DNA of 64,000 nucleotides from an uncultured Alphaproteobacteria bacterium (GTDB lineage Bacteria > Pseudomonadota > Alphaproteobacteria > HIMB59 > GCA-002718135), in contig CACGNZ010000005.1 of assembly GCA_902574475.1 (NCBI GenBank), positions 2,466 to 66,465 of the forward strand. Direction: 5' to 3'. The translations under genes and the position numbers were made by a program. A model generated the notes under the pieces. That model saw only the letters and a program-made list of their open reading frames with translations, did not search any database and was not told the DNA's origin. Shown in pieces: positions 53,095 to 62,679 of the stretch; the stretch's first letter is position 1; each line of letters starts with the position of its first letter.

Positions 53095-53113
53095 TTAGAC
53101 TTCTAAACACTAT

Positions 53114-53143
53114 AAAAAACCCTCTGTATAGAGGGTTTTTTTT
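53114..53143 (+). terminator. Intrinsic terminator after proteorhodopsin
   Basis: AAAAAACCCTCT-GTAT-AGAGGGTTTTTTTT. Confidence 0.88.
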
Positions 53144-53152
53144 ATTAATTTA

Positions 53153-53181
53153 TTGACTTAATTTTTCAAAATATGTATTTG
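53153..53181 (+). promoter_or_regulatory. Putative promoter of rplM-rpsI (near-leaderless)
   Basis: TTGACT-N17-TATTTG, then GC-rich GGCACGCG, then ATG. Confidence 0.55.
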
Positions 53182-53189
53182 GGCACGCG

Positions 53190-53648
53190 ATGAAAACATT
53201 TTCTTTAAAAAAAAATGATATTAACAAAAAATGGGTTCTAATTGATGCAAAAGATGCAGTTTTAGGAAGACTTGCTGTTATTTCTGCAAACATACTTAGA
53301 GGTAAAAATAAGCCTGAATATACACCCAACCAAGACTGCGGCGATAATCTAATTATAATTAATTCTGATAAAATTCATCTAAAAGGAAAAAAAGCTGACA
53401 ATAAAATTTATTACAGACATACTGGTTATCCAGGAGGAATTAAAGAAACAACTCCTAACAAAATGAAGGAAAAAAATAAATCTGATGAAATGATAATGCT
53501 TGCTATAAAAAGAATGATTCCAAGAGGACCATTGGGAAGGCAGCAATTATCAAATTGCAAAATTTATAGAGATGAAAATCACAAGCATGAAGCTCAAAAC
53601 CCTAAGGTCATTGATATTGTATCTATGAATTCTAAAAATAAAATTTAA
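53190..53648 (+). CDS. rplM: 50S ribosomal protein L13
   Basis: [22 protein letters not shown]. Confidence 0.98.
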   Translation: MKTFSLKKNDINKKWVLIDAKDAVLGRLAVISANILRGKNKPEYTPNQDCGDNLIIINSDKIHLKGKKADNKIYYRHTGYPGGIKETTPNKMKEKNKSDEMIMLAIKRMIPRGPLGRQQLSNCKIYRDENHKHEAQNPKVIDIVSMNSKNKI

Positions 53649-53650
53649 GT

Positions 53651-54079
53651 ATGGAAAATCAAGATAATCAAACTGAAAATTTATTAGATAATAAGGAGAG
53701 AGCTTACGCTACTGGAAAAAGAAAAAACTCTATTGCTAGGGTTTGGTTAAAAAGAGGGAGTGGTGAAATAAAAATTAATGGTAAACCTTTAGATAAATAC
53801 TTTTCAAGACCGGTCTTACAAATGATAGTTAACCAACCTTTGGATATCGTTAAAGCCGACAATTCATATGAGATTATGGCTTCAGTTAAGGGTGGAGGTC
53901 TTTCAGGTCAAGCTGGTGCTATAAGACATGGTATTAGCAAAGCACTGAGCTTATATGATCAATCAAATAGACCATCTCTTAAAAAAGTTGGTTTTCTTAC
54001 TAGAGACCCTAGGGTTGTTGAAAGAAAAAAAGCTGGTTTAGCAAAAGCCAGACGAAGTTACCAGTTCTCTAAGAGATAA
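53651..54079 (+). CDS. rpsI: 30S ribosomal protein S9
   Basis: [25 protein letters not shown]. Confidence 0.98.
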   Translation: MENQDNQTENLLDNKERAYATGKRKNSIARVWLKRGSGEIKINGKPLDKYFSRPVLQMIVNQPLDIVKADNSYEIMASVKGGGLSGQAGAIRHGISKALSLYDQSNRPSLKKVGFLTRDPRVVERKKAGLAKARRSYQFSKR

Positions 54080-54085
54080 ATTTTC

Positions 54086-55114
54086 ATGAAAAATAAGATT
54101 AGAGTAGCCGTTTTAGGCTCAACGGGCTATGTTGGAATGGAGTTAGTAAAAATTCTATCAAATCATCCTTACGTTGACATAAATTTTTTAGGATCAGAAA
54201 CTATTCATGGAAGTTATCTAAATAATATTGATAATACAATAGAATTTAATCAACTTCCTCTATTAAAGCCAAATGATAGTTTTAATTCTAAAGATAGTGA
54301 TTATGTATTCTTAGCTTTACCTCATTCAGTATCTAATAAATATGTAAAAAAATATTTTGATGAAATTAATATTATAGATTTATCAGCTGACTTTAGATTA
54401 GATAGTTTTGATGTTTATAAAAAAAATTATGGCAATGAACATGAGTGCAAAGAGTATTTAAACAGTTTTATTTATGGTCTTGCTGAAATAAATAGAGAAA
54501 AAATATTAGAATCAAAAAATATCGCAGTTCCTGGTTGCTACCCAACTTCTATTTTATTACCATTAATACCTTTAATAAAAAATAAATTAATCAATACCGA
54601 GAATATAATTATAGATTCGAAATCGGGCTATAGTGGAGCAGGAAAGAAATTTGATTTCAATAAAATGAAATCAAAAAATGATTATAATTTTTATAATTAT
54701 AATACAAATAATCACAGACATATTGCAGAAATTAAACAAGAACTTAATAAGCATAATTCAGAAAATGAAGTAAAGTTTTCTTTTAATCCTCACATTCTTC
54801 CTAATTTTAGAGGTATGATTTCTACTATTTATTGTGATCTCAATAAAAGTATAAAAAAAACTGATATTATCAATCTTTTTCACGACTTACTAAAAATAAA
54901 TCCTTTTTTAAAATATATCGATTATGATGAAACTCTTGATTTTTTTTCTGTCCAAAACACTAATTATTGTAAAATTAAAATTTTTAATCATCATAGTGAC
55001 GATAAAATTATTATAGTAAGTGCTATAGATAATTTAATAAAAGGCGCTGCCGGTCAAGCAGTACAATGCTTTAATATATCAGAAAATATTGAAGAAACAG
55101 TATCTTTAGTATGA
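54086..55114 (+). CDS. argC: N-acetyl-gamma-glutamyl-phosphate reductase
   Basis: GSTGYVG, DLSADFR, PGCYPT, DNLIKGAAGQAVQ. Confidence 0.96.
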   Translation: MKNKIRVAVLGSTGYVGMELVKILSNHPYVDINFLGSETIHGSYLNNIDNTIEFNQLPLLKPNDSFNSKDSDYVFLALPHSVSNKYVKKYFDEINIIDLSADFRLDSFDVYKKNYGNEHECKEYLNSFIYGLAEINREKILESKNIAVPGCYPTSILLPLIPLIKNKLINTENIIIDSKSGYSGAGKKFDFNKMKSKNDYNFYNYNTNNHRHIAEIKQELNKHNSENEVKFSFNPHILPNFRGMISTIYCDLNKSIKKTDIINLFHDLLKINPFLKYIDYDETLDFFSVQNTNYCKIKIFNHHSDDKIIIVSAIDNLIKGAAGQAVQCFNISENIEETVSLV

Positions 55115-55296
55115 GTAAATATTTTATAATTTTCTTTCTATTTTTTTCTATTATTTCTTGTGGATATCCAGATATTGATAATGTTCCAGATTTTAGTGAC
55201 ACTAAATTAACTGATGAAGAATTATTAGAATATTGTAGTATTTCTAATACTGATAAAAAAGATATAGATAAATGTATTAATGATTATAAAAGCTAA
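55111..55296 (+). CDS. Small putative lipoprotein
   Basis: Hydrophobic stretch plus IISC lipobox, GYPDID; overlaps the argC stop. Confidence 0.7.
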   Translation: MSKYFIIFFLFFSIISCGYPDIDNVPDFSDTKLTDEELLEYCSISNTDKKDIDKCINDYKS

Positions 55297-55304
55297 ATAT
55301 TGTT

Positions 55305-56603
55305 ATGAATAAGCTTAATATTGGCATAGCAGGATTAGGAAATGTTGGGTCCGCACTAGTTGAAACAATAGAAATAAATAAAAATTATTTCTTTGATAAA
55401 ACAGATGTAGAATTGAACATAGTTGGAATATCTGCAAGAAAAAAAAATAAAGAAAGAAATTTTAATATATCAAATTATACTTGGTATGACGACCCAATAG
55501 AAATGTCTAAAGATGATAATTTTAACGTAATTGTTGAATTAATTGGTGAAGAAAAAGGAATTAGCTATGAAATAATTGAAACAGCATTAAAAAATAAAAA
55601 AAATGTTGTAACAGGGAATAAAGCTTTAATAGCTAATCATGGAAAAGAATTATTTGAATTAGCTAATATAAACTCACTAGCTTTATCATATGAAGCTGCT
55701 GTTGCAGGCGGTATTCCAATTATAAAAACAATAAAAAATTCTATTAGCTTAGATAGAATTAACAAAATTTCTGGAATTTTAAATGGAACTACAAATTACA
55801 TTCTAACTAAAATGCAACAAGATAATTTATCCTTTGATGAAGTTCTTAAAATTGCTAAAGATAAAGGGTTTACTTCTGATCAGGAATCAAAATTAGATAT
55901 TGGTGGATATGATGCAGCGCACAAGTTAACAATATTATCAACTCTATGTTTTAAATCAAATTTAAACTTTAATAATAATTATATTGAAGGTATATCAAAT
56001 ATTAAAATTGAAGATATAAATTTTGCTGAAAAATTAGGATATAAAATAAAGTTAATATCTGAAGCCTGTATAATTGAAGGAAAAATTTCAAACTTTACTT
56101 CACCAAAATTAGTTTCAATGGATAATCCTCTAGCAAGTGTTGATAATGCTCTGAATGCGATTAATATTGAAACTATACATCTAGAAAATTTATTTTTAGA
56201 GGGTGAAGGAGCAGGGGGCAAGCCAACTGCCAGCTCTGTCTTGTCTGATTTATATGATATATCTCAGAATGTAAAATTTGATAATTTGGGTTTTAAAATT
56301 GATAAATTACAAAGCTTCGAAAAATATTCAGCAGAAAATATAATTAATAGCTATTACCTAAGAATAATGACAGAAGACAAACCTGGCGTTCTTTCATCAA
56401 TTACTAATTATTTTAGTGATTTTGATATATCTGTTAAAAAAATACTTCAACTTCCCGAGAGTTCTGAAGCAGATAAACCTATACCTATTATAATAACTAC
56501 TCATAATATTCAGAAAGAAAAATTAAGTAATGTAATTAATAAAATTGAAGGTTTAGAATTTGTAAAAGAAAAAATTACTGTTCTTGCTATTCATGATAAT
56601 TAA
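55305..56603 (+). CDS. hom: Homoserine dehydrogenase
   Basis: GLGNVG, EAAVAGGIP, GILNGTTNYIL, DAAHKL, C-terminal ACT. Confidence 0.96.
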   Translation: MNKLNIGIAGLGNVGSALVETIEINKNYFFDKTDVELNIVGISARKKNKERNFNISNYTWYDDPIEMSKDDNFNVIVELIGEEKGISYEIIETALKNKKNVVTGNKALIANHGKELFELANINSLALSYEAAVAGGIPIIKTIKNSISLDRINKISGILNGTTNYILTKMQQDNLSFDEVLKIAKDKGFTSDQESKLDIGGYDAAHKLTILSTLCFKSNLNFNNNYIEGISNIKIEDINFAEKLGYKIKLISEACIIEGKISNFTSPKLVSMDNPLASVDNALNAINIETIHLENLFLEGEGAGGKPTASSVLSDLYDISQNVKFDNLGFKIDKLQSFEKYSAENIINSYYLRIMTEDKPGVLSSITNYFSDFDISVKKILQLPESSEADKPIPIIITTHNIQKEKLSNVINKIEGLEFVKEKITVLAIHDN

Positions 56604-56608
56604 TTAAT

Positions 56609-58357
56609 GTGAATATTGAAAAATCACTATCCGATAAATTTTGGGAAGAAAAGCAAATAGACTTTAAGCACATTCAAGCTCTTTCACAAAAAAAATCAAT
56701 TTCTGAAATTTTTTCAAAACTTCTAATTTCAAGAGGTGTCTTCGAAGATAATTATGATAACTATATAAATCCCAATCTTTTAAATAATCTTCCGGACCCT
56801 TTTGAACTTAAAGATATGAAAAAAGGAATTGAAAGATGCATTGAGGCTTTAAAAAATAATGAAAAGATTGGAATAATTGCTGATTATGATGTTGATGGAT
56901 CCACTTCTGCATCAATTTTATATAAGTTTTTAAATAATTATACCAATAATCTTGTTTGCAAAATACCTAATAGATTGTCAGAGGGTTATGGTCCAAATGT
57001 CAGGCTTATGAATGAAATGCTTAATGAAAATACTACACTATTGTTTACACTGGATTGCGGAACATCAGCATTTAACTCAATTGATTTGCCTGATTTCAAA
57101 AGTATTGAGGTTATAGTAATAGATCATCATTTAAGTGAATTTAAACTTCCAAAAGTCCATTCGGTAATTAATCCAAATCGTTTTGATGAAAACAATGATT
57201 ATAAAGATTTTGCTGCAGTAGCAGTAACATTTCTATTTTTAATGGGATTAAGGAAGCAAATTAGAGAATTAAATTTATTTCCAAATATAAAAGAACCGAA
57301 TTTAATGTCATATTTAGACTTAGTTGCTGTTGGAACAATATGCGATATTGTCAATATTAACAATTACAATAGATCAATTATTAGTAAGGGTTTGGAACTC
57401 ATTAGAAGTCGAAAAAATAAATCAATAACAAAAATATTAGATAACTCTAATATTAATCATGAGCCTTTATCAAAAGATATCGGTTTTGTCTTGGGACCAC
57501 AAATTAATGCTGCTAGTAGAATTGATGATTCTTCTTTATCCTCTAGACTTCTGATATCAAATGATGAATCTGAAATAGAAACTATTTCTAGAAAACTATT
57601 TTTAATTAATGAAAAAAGAAAATTAATTGAACAAAATATATTCAATGAAGCAATTGAGCAAATAAAAGATCAAGAAAATAAAAAATTTATTATTGTTTAT
57701 AAAGAGAATTGGCATCAAGGTGTTCTAGGTATTGTTGCCAGTAAAATAGTAGCTCTTTATAACAAGCCAACATTTGTATTTTCTTTTATTAATAACAGTG
57801 GATCTGGCTCAGGCAGATCTATAGATCAAATTGATATTGGTAGTATTGTTCTTGAACTTAAGGCTAATGATTTAATAGAAGATGGTGGTGGTCATAAAAT
57901 GGCAGTAGGTTTAAAAATAAATAAAAAAAAATTAGATAAAATAGATGAATTTTTAGTTAAAAAATTTGATTCATATCATGATAATTTTTTTGAAAAAAAA
58001 ATATTTTATGACAGTGAAATTTCTGTAAATCAAATAAACAAAGATTTTTTAGATAATTTAGAATTATTAGAACCTCACGGCAAAGGTAATGAAGAACCTC
58101 AATTTTTAATCAAAGATATAGTAATCGATCAGGTAAAAAATTTAAAAAATAAACATATTTTAATTTTTTTTAAAAATGATTTAGGTGAAAATATAAAAGG
58201 GATTTCATTCAACAGCACTAATACCCCGGTTGGTGATTATCTTATGAAGTTTAATAAATTTAAATTTCATATATTGTGTTCTATTAAAAAAGATAACTTT
58301 TCAAATAGTCAGATTCCCCAAATACTTATCCATGACTTGAAAGCATCAATTAAATAA
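56609..58357 (+). CDS. recJ: ssDNA exonuclease RecJ
   Basis: DYDVDG, LDCG, IDHH, GSGRS, GGGH. Confidence 0.95.
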   Translation: MNIEKSLSDKFWEEKQIDFKHIQALSQKKSISEIFSKLLISRGVFEDNYDNYINPNLLNNLPDPFELKDMKKGIERCIEALKNNEKIGIIADYDVDGSTSASILYKFLNNYTNNLVCKIPNRLSEGYGPNVRLMNEMLNENTTLLFTLDCGTSAFNSIDLPDFKSIEVIVIDHHLSEFKLPKVHSVINPNRFDENNDYKDFAAVAVTFLFLMGLRKQIRELNLFPNIKEPNLMSYLDLVAVGTICDIVNINNYNRSIISKGLELIRSRKNKSITKILDNSNINHEPLSKDIGFVLGPQINAASRIDDSSLSSRLLISNDESEIETISRKLFLINEKRKLIEQNIFNEAIEQIKDQENKKFIIVYKENWHQGVLGIVASKIVALYNKPTFVFSFINNSGSGSGRSIDQIDIGSIVLELKANDLIEDGGGHKMAVGLKINKKKLDKIDEFLVKKFDSYHDNFFEKKIFYDSEISVNQINKDFLDNLELLEPHGKGNEEPQFLIKDIVIDQVKNLKNKHILIFFKNDLGENIKGISFNSTNTPVGDYLMKFNKFKFHILCSIKKDNFSNSQIPQILIHDLKASIK

Positions 58358-58397
58358 TTTGAAAAAAATCAAAATATCTACTATATACCAATCACGT

Positions 58398-58472
58398 GTC
58401 CCCTTCGTCTATCGGTTAGGACATCAGGTTTTCATCCTGAAAAGAGGAGTTCGACTCTCCTAGGGGATGCCA
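58398..58472 (+). tRNA. tRNA-Glu(TTC)
   Basis: GTCCCCT/AGGGGAT acceptor stem, TCAGG-TTTTCAT-CCTGA anticodon arm, GTTCGAC, encoded CCA. Confidence 0.96.
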
Positions 58473-58477
58473 CTAAT

Positions 58478-59464
58478 TTAGGGGCATAGAATTATTGACC
58501 CTACCGAATTCCTTGATTGTATTAACTCATGAGCCTCACTAGCTTCGGATAATTTAAATTTTTTGAATATATTAGGCTTAATTTCTTTATTTTTAATTTT
58601 TGAAAACAATTTATTACTACATTCTGTTAGCTCTTCTGAATTACGAATATAATGCATTAATGTTGGTCTAGTATAATATAAACTTTTAGGATTAAATGTA
58701 CTATGAAGATTTACATCATTTACCATTCCGGAAGATTGTCCGAAAGATACCATTAGCCCTCTAAATTTTAAGCATTTTAAAGATGTATCAAACGTATCTT
58801 TGCCTACTCCATCATAAACAACATTAACTCCCTCATTGTTTGTTAATTTTAAAACATTACTATGAACATCCTCTTGTTTATAATTAATAGCGAATTCACA
58901 TCCGTTTTCTTTTGCTAATGATGCTTTTTCATCAGTACTAACAGTACCTATCATTTTAGCTCCTATGGATTTTGCCCATTGACTAGCAATTAATCCTACA
59001 CCTCCAGCAGCTGCATGAAATAAAAAAACTTCATCTTTTTGTAATTTATATAACCTTTCAAAAAGGTATTCGACTGTCATTCCCTGCAATAATATTGAAG
59101 CAGCTTCATCATTTGAAATATATTCTGGTAATTTTACAACTCTTTGAGCATCAAAATCTCTAACTTCGCAATAAGCACCAATTGGAGGACTGAAGGAGTA
59201 CGCTACTCTATCACCAACTTTTAAGTTTGATACATTATCTCCAATTTCTATTACATCTCCTGCTGCTTCTACTCCTAAACAAAAAGGGATTTCTACAGGT
59301 AATGGGTATATTCCTGTTCTATGATACGTATCTATGTAGTTAATGCCAATTGAAGTTTGGTTAATTCTGACCATATTTTTTTCAACATTTTTAGGTAAGT
59401 CATAGTTTTCATATTTTAAAACTTCTGGACCACCTAGTTTACTGACTATAACTCTATTTGGCAT
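58478..59464 (-). CDS. qor: Quinone oxidoreductase (zeta-crystallin/MDR family)
   Basis: GINYID, HAAAGGVG, VVYDGVG, FGQSSG. Confidence 0.9.
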   Translation of the reverse strand: MPNRVIVSKLGGPEVLKYENYDLPKNVEKNMVRINQTSIGINYIDTYHRTGIYPLPVEIPFCLGVEAAGDVIEIGDNVSNLKVGDRVAYSFSPPIGAYCEVRDFDAQRVVKLPEYISNDEAASILLQGMTVEYLFERLYKLQKDEVFLFHAAAGGVGLIASQWAKSIGAKMIGTVSTDEKASLAKENGCEFAINYKQEDVHSNVLKLTNNEGVNVVYDGVGKDTFDTSLKCLKFRGLMVSFGQSSGMVNDVNLHSTFNPKSLYYTRPTLMHYIRNSEELTECSNKLFSKIKNKEIKPNIFKKFKLSEASEAHELIQSRNSVGSIILCP

Positions 59465-61403
59465 AATTATTCTTTAAGTTTTTATATACTAATTCGAATT
59501 CTTTTAAACATTCTGGATTTGCCAATGATTCTTCATTTTCAATACTTTCACCATTAATTAATTTTTTAATTAAAATTTCAACTATTTTACCACTTCTAGT
59601 TCTTGGTATTTCACTTATAGCATATATTTGTGAGGGAATATGTTTGTAAGAAAGATTATTTTTTATTTCATCAATTATTTTAGACCTTAAATTTTCATTA
59701 AACTCAAAATTATTATTCAAGACAATAAATAATATAATTTGCGTATCATTTTTTAATTTATATTCCACTGCAACTGCTTCCTGAACTTCTGTAATATTTT
59801 CAATTACTCTATAAATTTCTGCAGTGCCTATTCTTACTCCTCCAGAATTTAGAGTTGCATCTGACCGTCCATAAATAACATAACCCTCATTTATAGTTTT
59901 TTCAATATAATCCCCATGATACCAAATGTTTTTATATTTACTAAAATAAGAATTAAAATATTTTTTATTATCATGATCGTTCCAAAAATATAATGGCATT
60001 GATGGAAAAGATGATTTACATACTAGTTCTCCCTTTTGATTTTCAATTGAATTGCCTTTTTCATCAAATACATCAACATCCATTCCAAGTGCTTTACACT
60101 GAATTTCACCACTATAGACATCCATTAATGGATTACCGGTAACAAAACACGAAACTAAATCAGTGCCACCACTTATAGATTCAAGATGTATATTTGATTT
60201 TATGTTTTGATAAACGTATTCAAATGTTTCATTAACCAAAGGAGATCCTGTTGATGCTAATGTATTTAAATTATGTAATTTAAAACTTTCCTTAATTGTG
60301 ATTTTATTGTTTTTTAAAGTATCTAAAAATTTTGCACCAGTTCCAAAAAAATTAATACCTTCTTCTTCTGCTATCTCAAAAAGATGTTTATTATTGGGAG
60401 TAAAAGGCGATCCATCATATAAAATTATTGTTGCTTTTGACGCTAAGGCAGAAACTAACCAATTCCACATCATCCATCCACAAGTAGTAAAATAAAAAAC
60501 TCTATCCATTTCATTAATATCACAATGAAGTACATGTTCTTTTTTGTGTTGTATTAGCGCTCCACCAGAACTGTGAACAATACATTTTGGTACTCCAGTG
60601 GTTCCACTTGAATAAAGAATATACAGTGGGTGATTAAAATTAAATTTTTCAAATTTACTGTATTCAATTTCTTGTTTTAAAATATTGTATAAATTTTCAT
60701 ATTCAAAATCTAGTTGATAATCTACGTCATTAAATTCATATGGTATTAAAACGATCTTTTCTATACTTGGAATATTCTTAATTACTTCTTTTATAATTTT
60801 TGTCGTATCAATTTTTTTATTATTGTAAAAATAATAATCTGAAAATAATAATATTTTTGGTTCAATTTGTCTAAATCTATCTATTATTGCTTTTTTTCCA
60901 AAATCTGATGAACATGATGACCAAATAGCACCTAATTGTGCTGTAGATAAAAATGAAATTACAGTTTCAGGTATATTAGGAAGTATAGCAGCTATCCTGT
61001 CATTTTTTTTAATGTTATTATTTTTTAAATAATTTGCAAATTTAAAAACTGCACTTCTAAGCTCACTCCAAGAATATTTTCTTTTAATTTTTTTTTCAGA
61101 ATGAAATATTATTGACTCACCATCATCTTTTTTTGTTAAACAATTTTCAGCATAATTTATGCTACATTCATCAAAGAATTTATTTTTAGTAAATTCAGGT
61201 GCTGATTTAAAAATTTTACCTTTTTTTTCACCCACAAAATTTGTGAAATCCCATACATTACTCCAAAATTCATTTTTATGTTTTACACTCCAGTTATGCA
61301 AGTCAGCATAATTTTTTATTTTTAAATCAGTATCAAGTTGATTGATAAACTTCTGGAGGTTTGTATTTTTGTTATTTGGAGACCACAACTTTATGTTGTG
61401 CAT
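59454..61403 (-). CDS. Acetoacetate-CoA ligase
   Basis: YSSGTTGVPKCIVH, TTCGWMMWNWL, SGGTD, GRSDATLN. Confidence 0.9.
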   Translation of the reverse strand: MHNIKLWSPNNKNTNLQKFINQLDTDLKIKNYADLHNWSVKHKNEFWSNVWDFTNFVGEKKGKIFKSAPEFTKNKFFDECSINYAENCLTKKDDGESIIFHSEKKIKRKYSWSELRSAVFKFANYLKNNNIKKNDRIAAILPNIPETVISFLSTAQLGAIWSSCSSDFGKKAIIDRFRQIEPKILLFSDYYFYNNKKIDTTKIIKEVIKNIPSIEKIVLIPYEFNDVDYQLDFEYENLYNILKQEIEYSKFEKFNFNHPLYILYSSGTTGVPKCIVHSSGGALIQHKKEHVLHCDINEMDRVFYFTTCGWMMWNWLVSALASKATIILYDGSPFTPNNKHLFEIAEEEGINFFGTGAKFLDTLKNNKITIKESFKLHNLNTLASTGSPLVNETFEYVYQNIKSNIHLESISGGTDLVSCFVTGNPLMDVYSGEIQCKALGMDVDVFDEKGNSIENQKGELVCKSSFPSMPLYFWNDHDNKKYFNSYFSKYKNIWYHGDYIEKTINEGYVIYGRSDATLNSGGVRIGTAEIYRVIENITEVQEAVAVEYKLKNDTQIILFIVLNNNFEFNENLRSKIIDEIKNNLSYKHIPSQIYAISEIPRTRSGKIVEILIKKLINGESIENEESLANPECLKEFELVYKNLKNNYAK

Positions 61404-61409
61404 AATAAA

Positions 61410-61865
61410 TTAATTCTTTTCTTGGTCTTCTTTAAGAGATCTTACTCTTACAATAACATCAATGTTATGTAATGATAGGCAAGCAGGTATAGAAGGTATA
61501 TCTAGATTAATATTTTTTGTAGGTATATCGTGTATCTTGCCTTCATCTTCAATATATAAATGATAGTGAGATTTATTATTATTACAATAAAGTGATTTGT
61601 TTTGATCAACTACTATTTCTCTAATTAATCCTAAAGATGTAAATTGTTTTAAAGTATTGTAGATTGTAGCCATAGAAATTTTTCTATCTTCTTTTTTTAC
61701 TTCATCAAAAAGATTTTCAGCTGATACATGTCTATCACCTTTTTCAAAAATTAACTTAGCTAAAATTCTCCTCTGTTTAGTTGGTCTGATACCGCTATCC
61801 TCTATTTTTTTCAGCGCACGGCTGTAAGGACTCATTGGATCAATTACTTTGTTTTCTGCTCTCAT
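61410..61865 (-). CDS. irr: Fur-family regulator, Irr type
   Basis: GIRPTKQR, DRHVSAE, SMATIYNTL, HYH in place of HHH, IDVIVRV. Confidence 0.8.
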   Translation of the reverse strand: MRAENKVIDPMSPYSRALKKIEDSGIRPTKQRRILAKLIFEKGDRHVSAENLFDEVKKEDRKISMATIYNTLKQFTSLGLIREIVVDQNKSLYCNNNKSHYHLYIEDEGKIHDIPTKNINLDIPSIPACLSLHNIDVIVRVRSLKEDQEKN

Positions 61866-61881
61866 AATATTATAATAAATA

Positions 61882-62679
61882 ATGAATTACATTTTTTCAG
61901 CAATTTTTCTATATTTTTTTTTAGGTCTCCTTCTGTATATCTTCCAAAGACGTATCATTTTTAATAAATCAGGACATCCAGGCGCACCAAATGATTATAA
62001 CTTAACTAAAACTGAAGAAATTTATATTAAAACTGAAGACAGCTTAGACCTCTTATCATGGTACCATAAAGGAGATAATTCACTCCCTTTACTTGTTTAT
62101 TTCCATGGAAATTCTTTTCATATTGGTGATAGAGCTTACAGAATTGAGAGATATATTGAAAGGAATTGGAGTGTACTTTTAGTTTCTTGGAGGGGTTTTG
62201 GAGGTAATAAAGGAAATCCAACTGAAGAAAATTTATATAAAGATGCAGAAGCGGTACTAAAATGGATTAAAAATAATACTGAATTTAAATTCAAAGATTT
62301 AGTGATTTACGGAGAATCCCTCGGATCTGGTGCTGCAGTAGAAATGGGTACAAAGTATAAATTTTTATCCATTGTTTTAGAGGCACCATTCACATCAATT
62401 AATGATATTGCAAAAAAACGATATAAAATATTTCCTACAAAGTATTTAGTTAAAGATAAATTTGACAATTTAAGTAAAATTGAAAAATTAACCTCACCTT
62501 TACTTATAATTAGTGGAAAAAAAGATGAAATTGTACCACATGAACACAGTATTAAGCTCTTTGATAAAGCAAAAGTAATAAAAGAGAGTGTTTTTATTGA
62601 CGAAGCAATACACAATAATCTATACGATTTTGGAATTGAAAAAGACGTAATTAGCTTTAATTTAAAATTATGGAAATAG
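61882..62679 (+). CDS. Alpha/beta hydrolase (ABHD13/Bem46-like)
   Basis: FHGN, GESLG, DEIVP, HNN; N-terminal TM. Confidence 0.88.
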   Translation: MNYIFSAIFLYFFLGLLLYIFQRRIIFNKSGHPGAPNDYNLTKTEEIYIKTEDSLDLLSWYHKGDNSLPLLVYFHGNSFHIGDRAYRIERYIERNWSVLLVSWRGFGGNKGNPTEENLYKDAEAVLKWIKNNTEFKFKDLVIYGESLGSGAAVEMGTKYKFLSIVLEAPFTSINDIAKKRYKIFPTKYLVKDKFDNLSKIEKLTSPLLIISGKKDEIVPHEHSIKLFDKAKVIKESVFIDEAIHNNLYDFGIEKDVISFNLKLWK

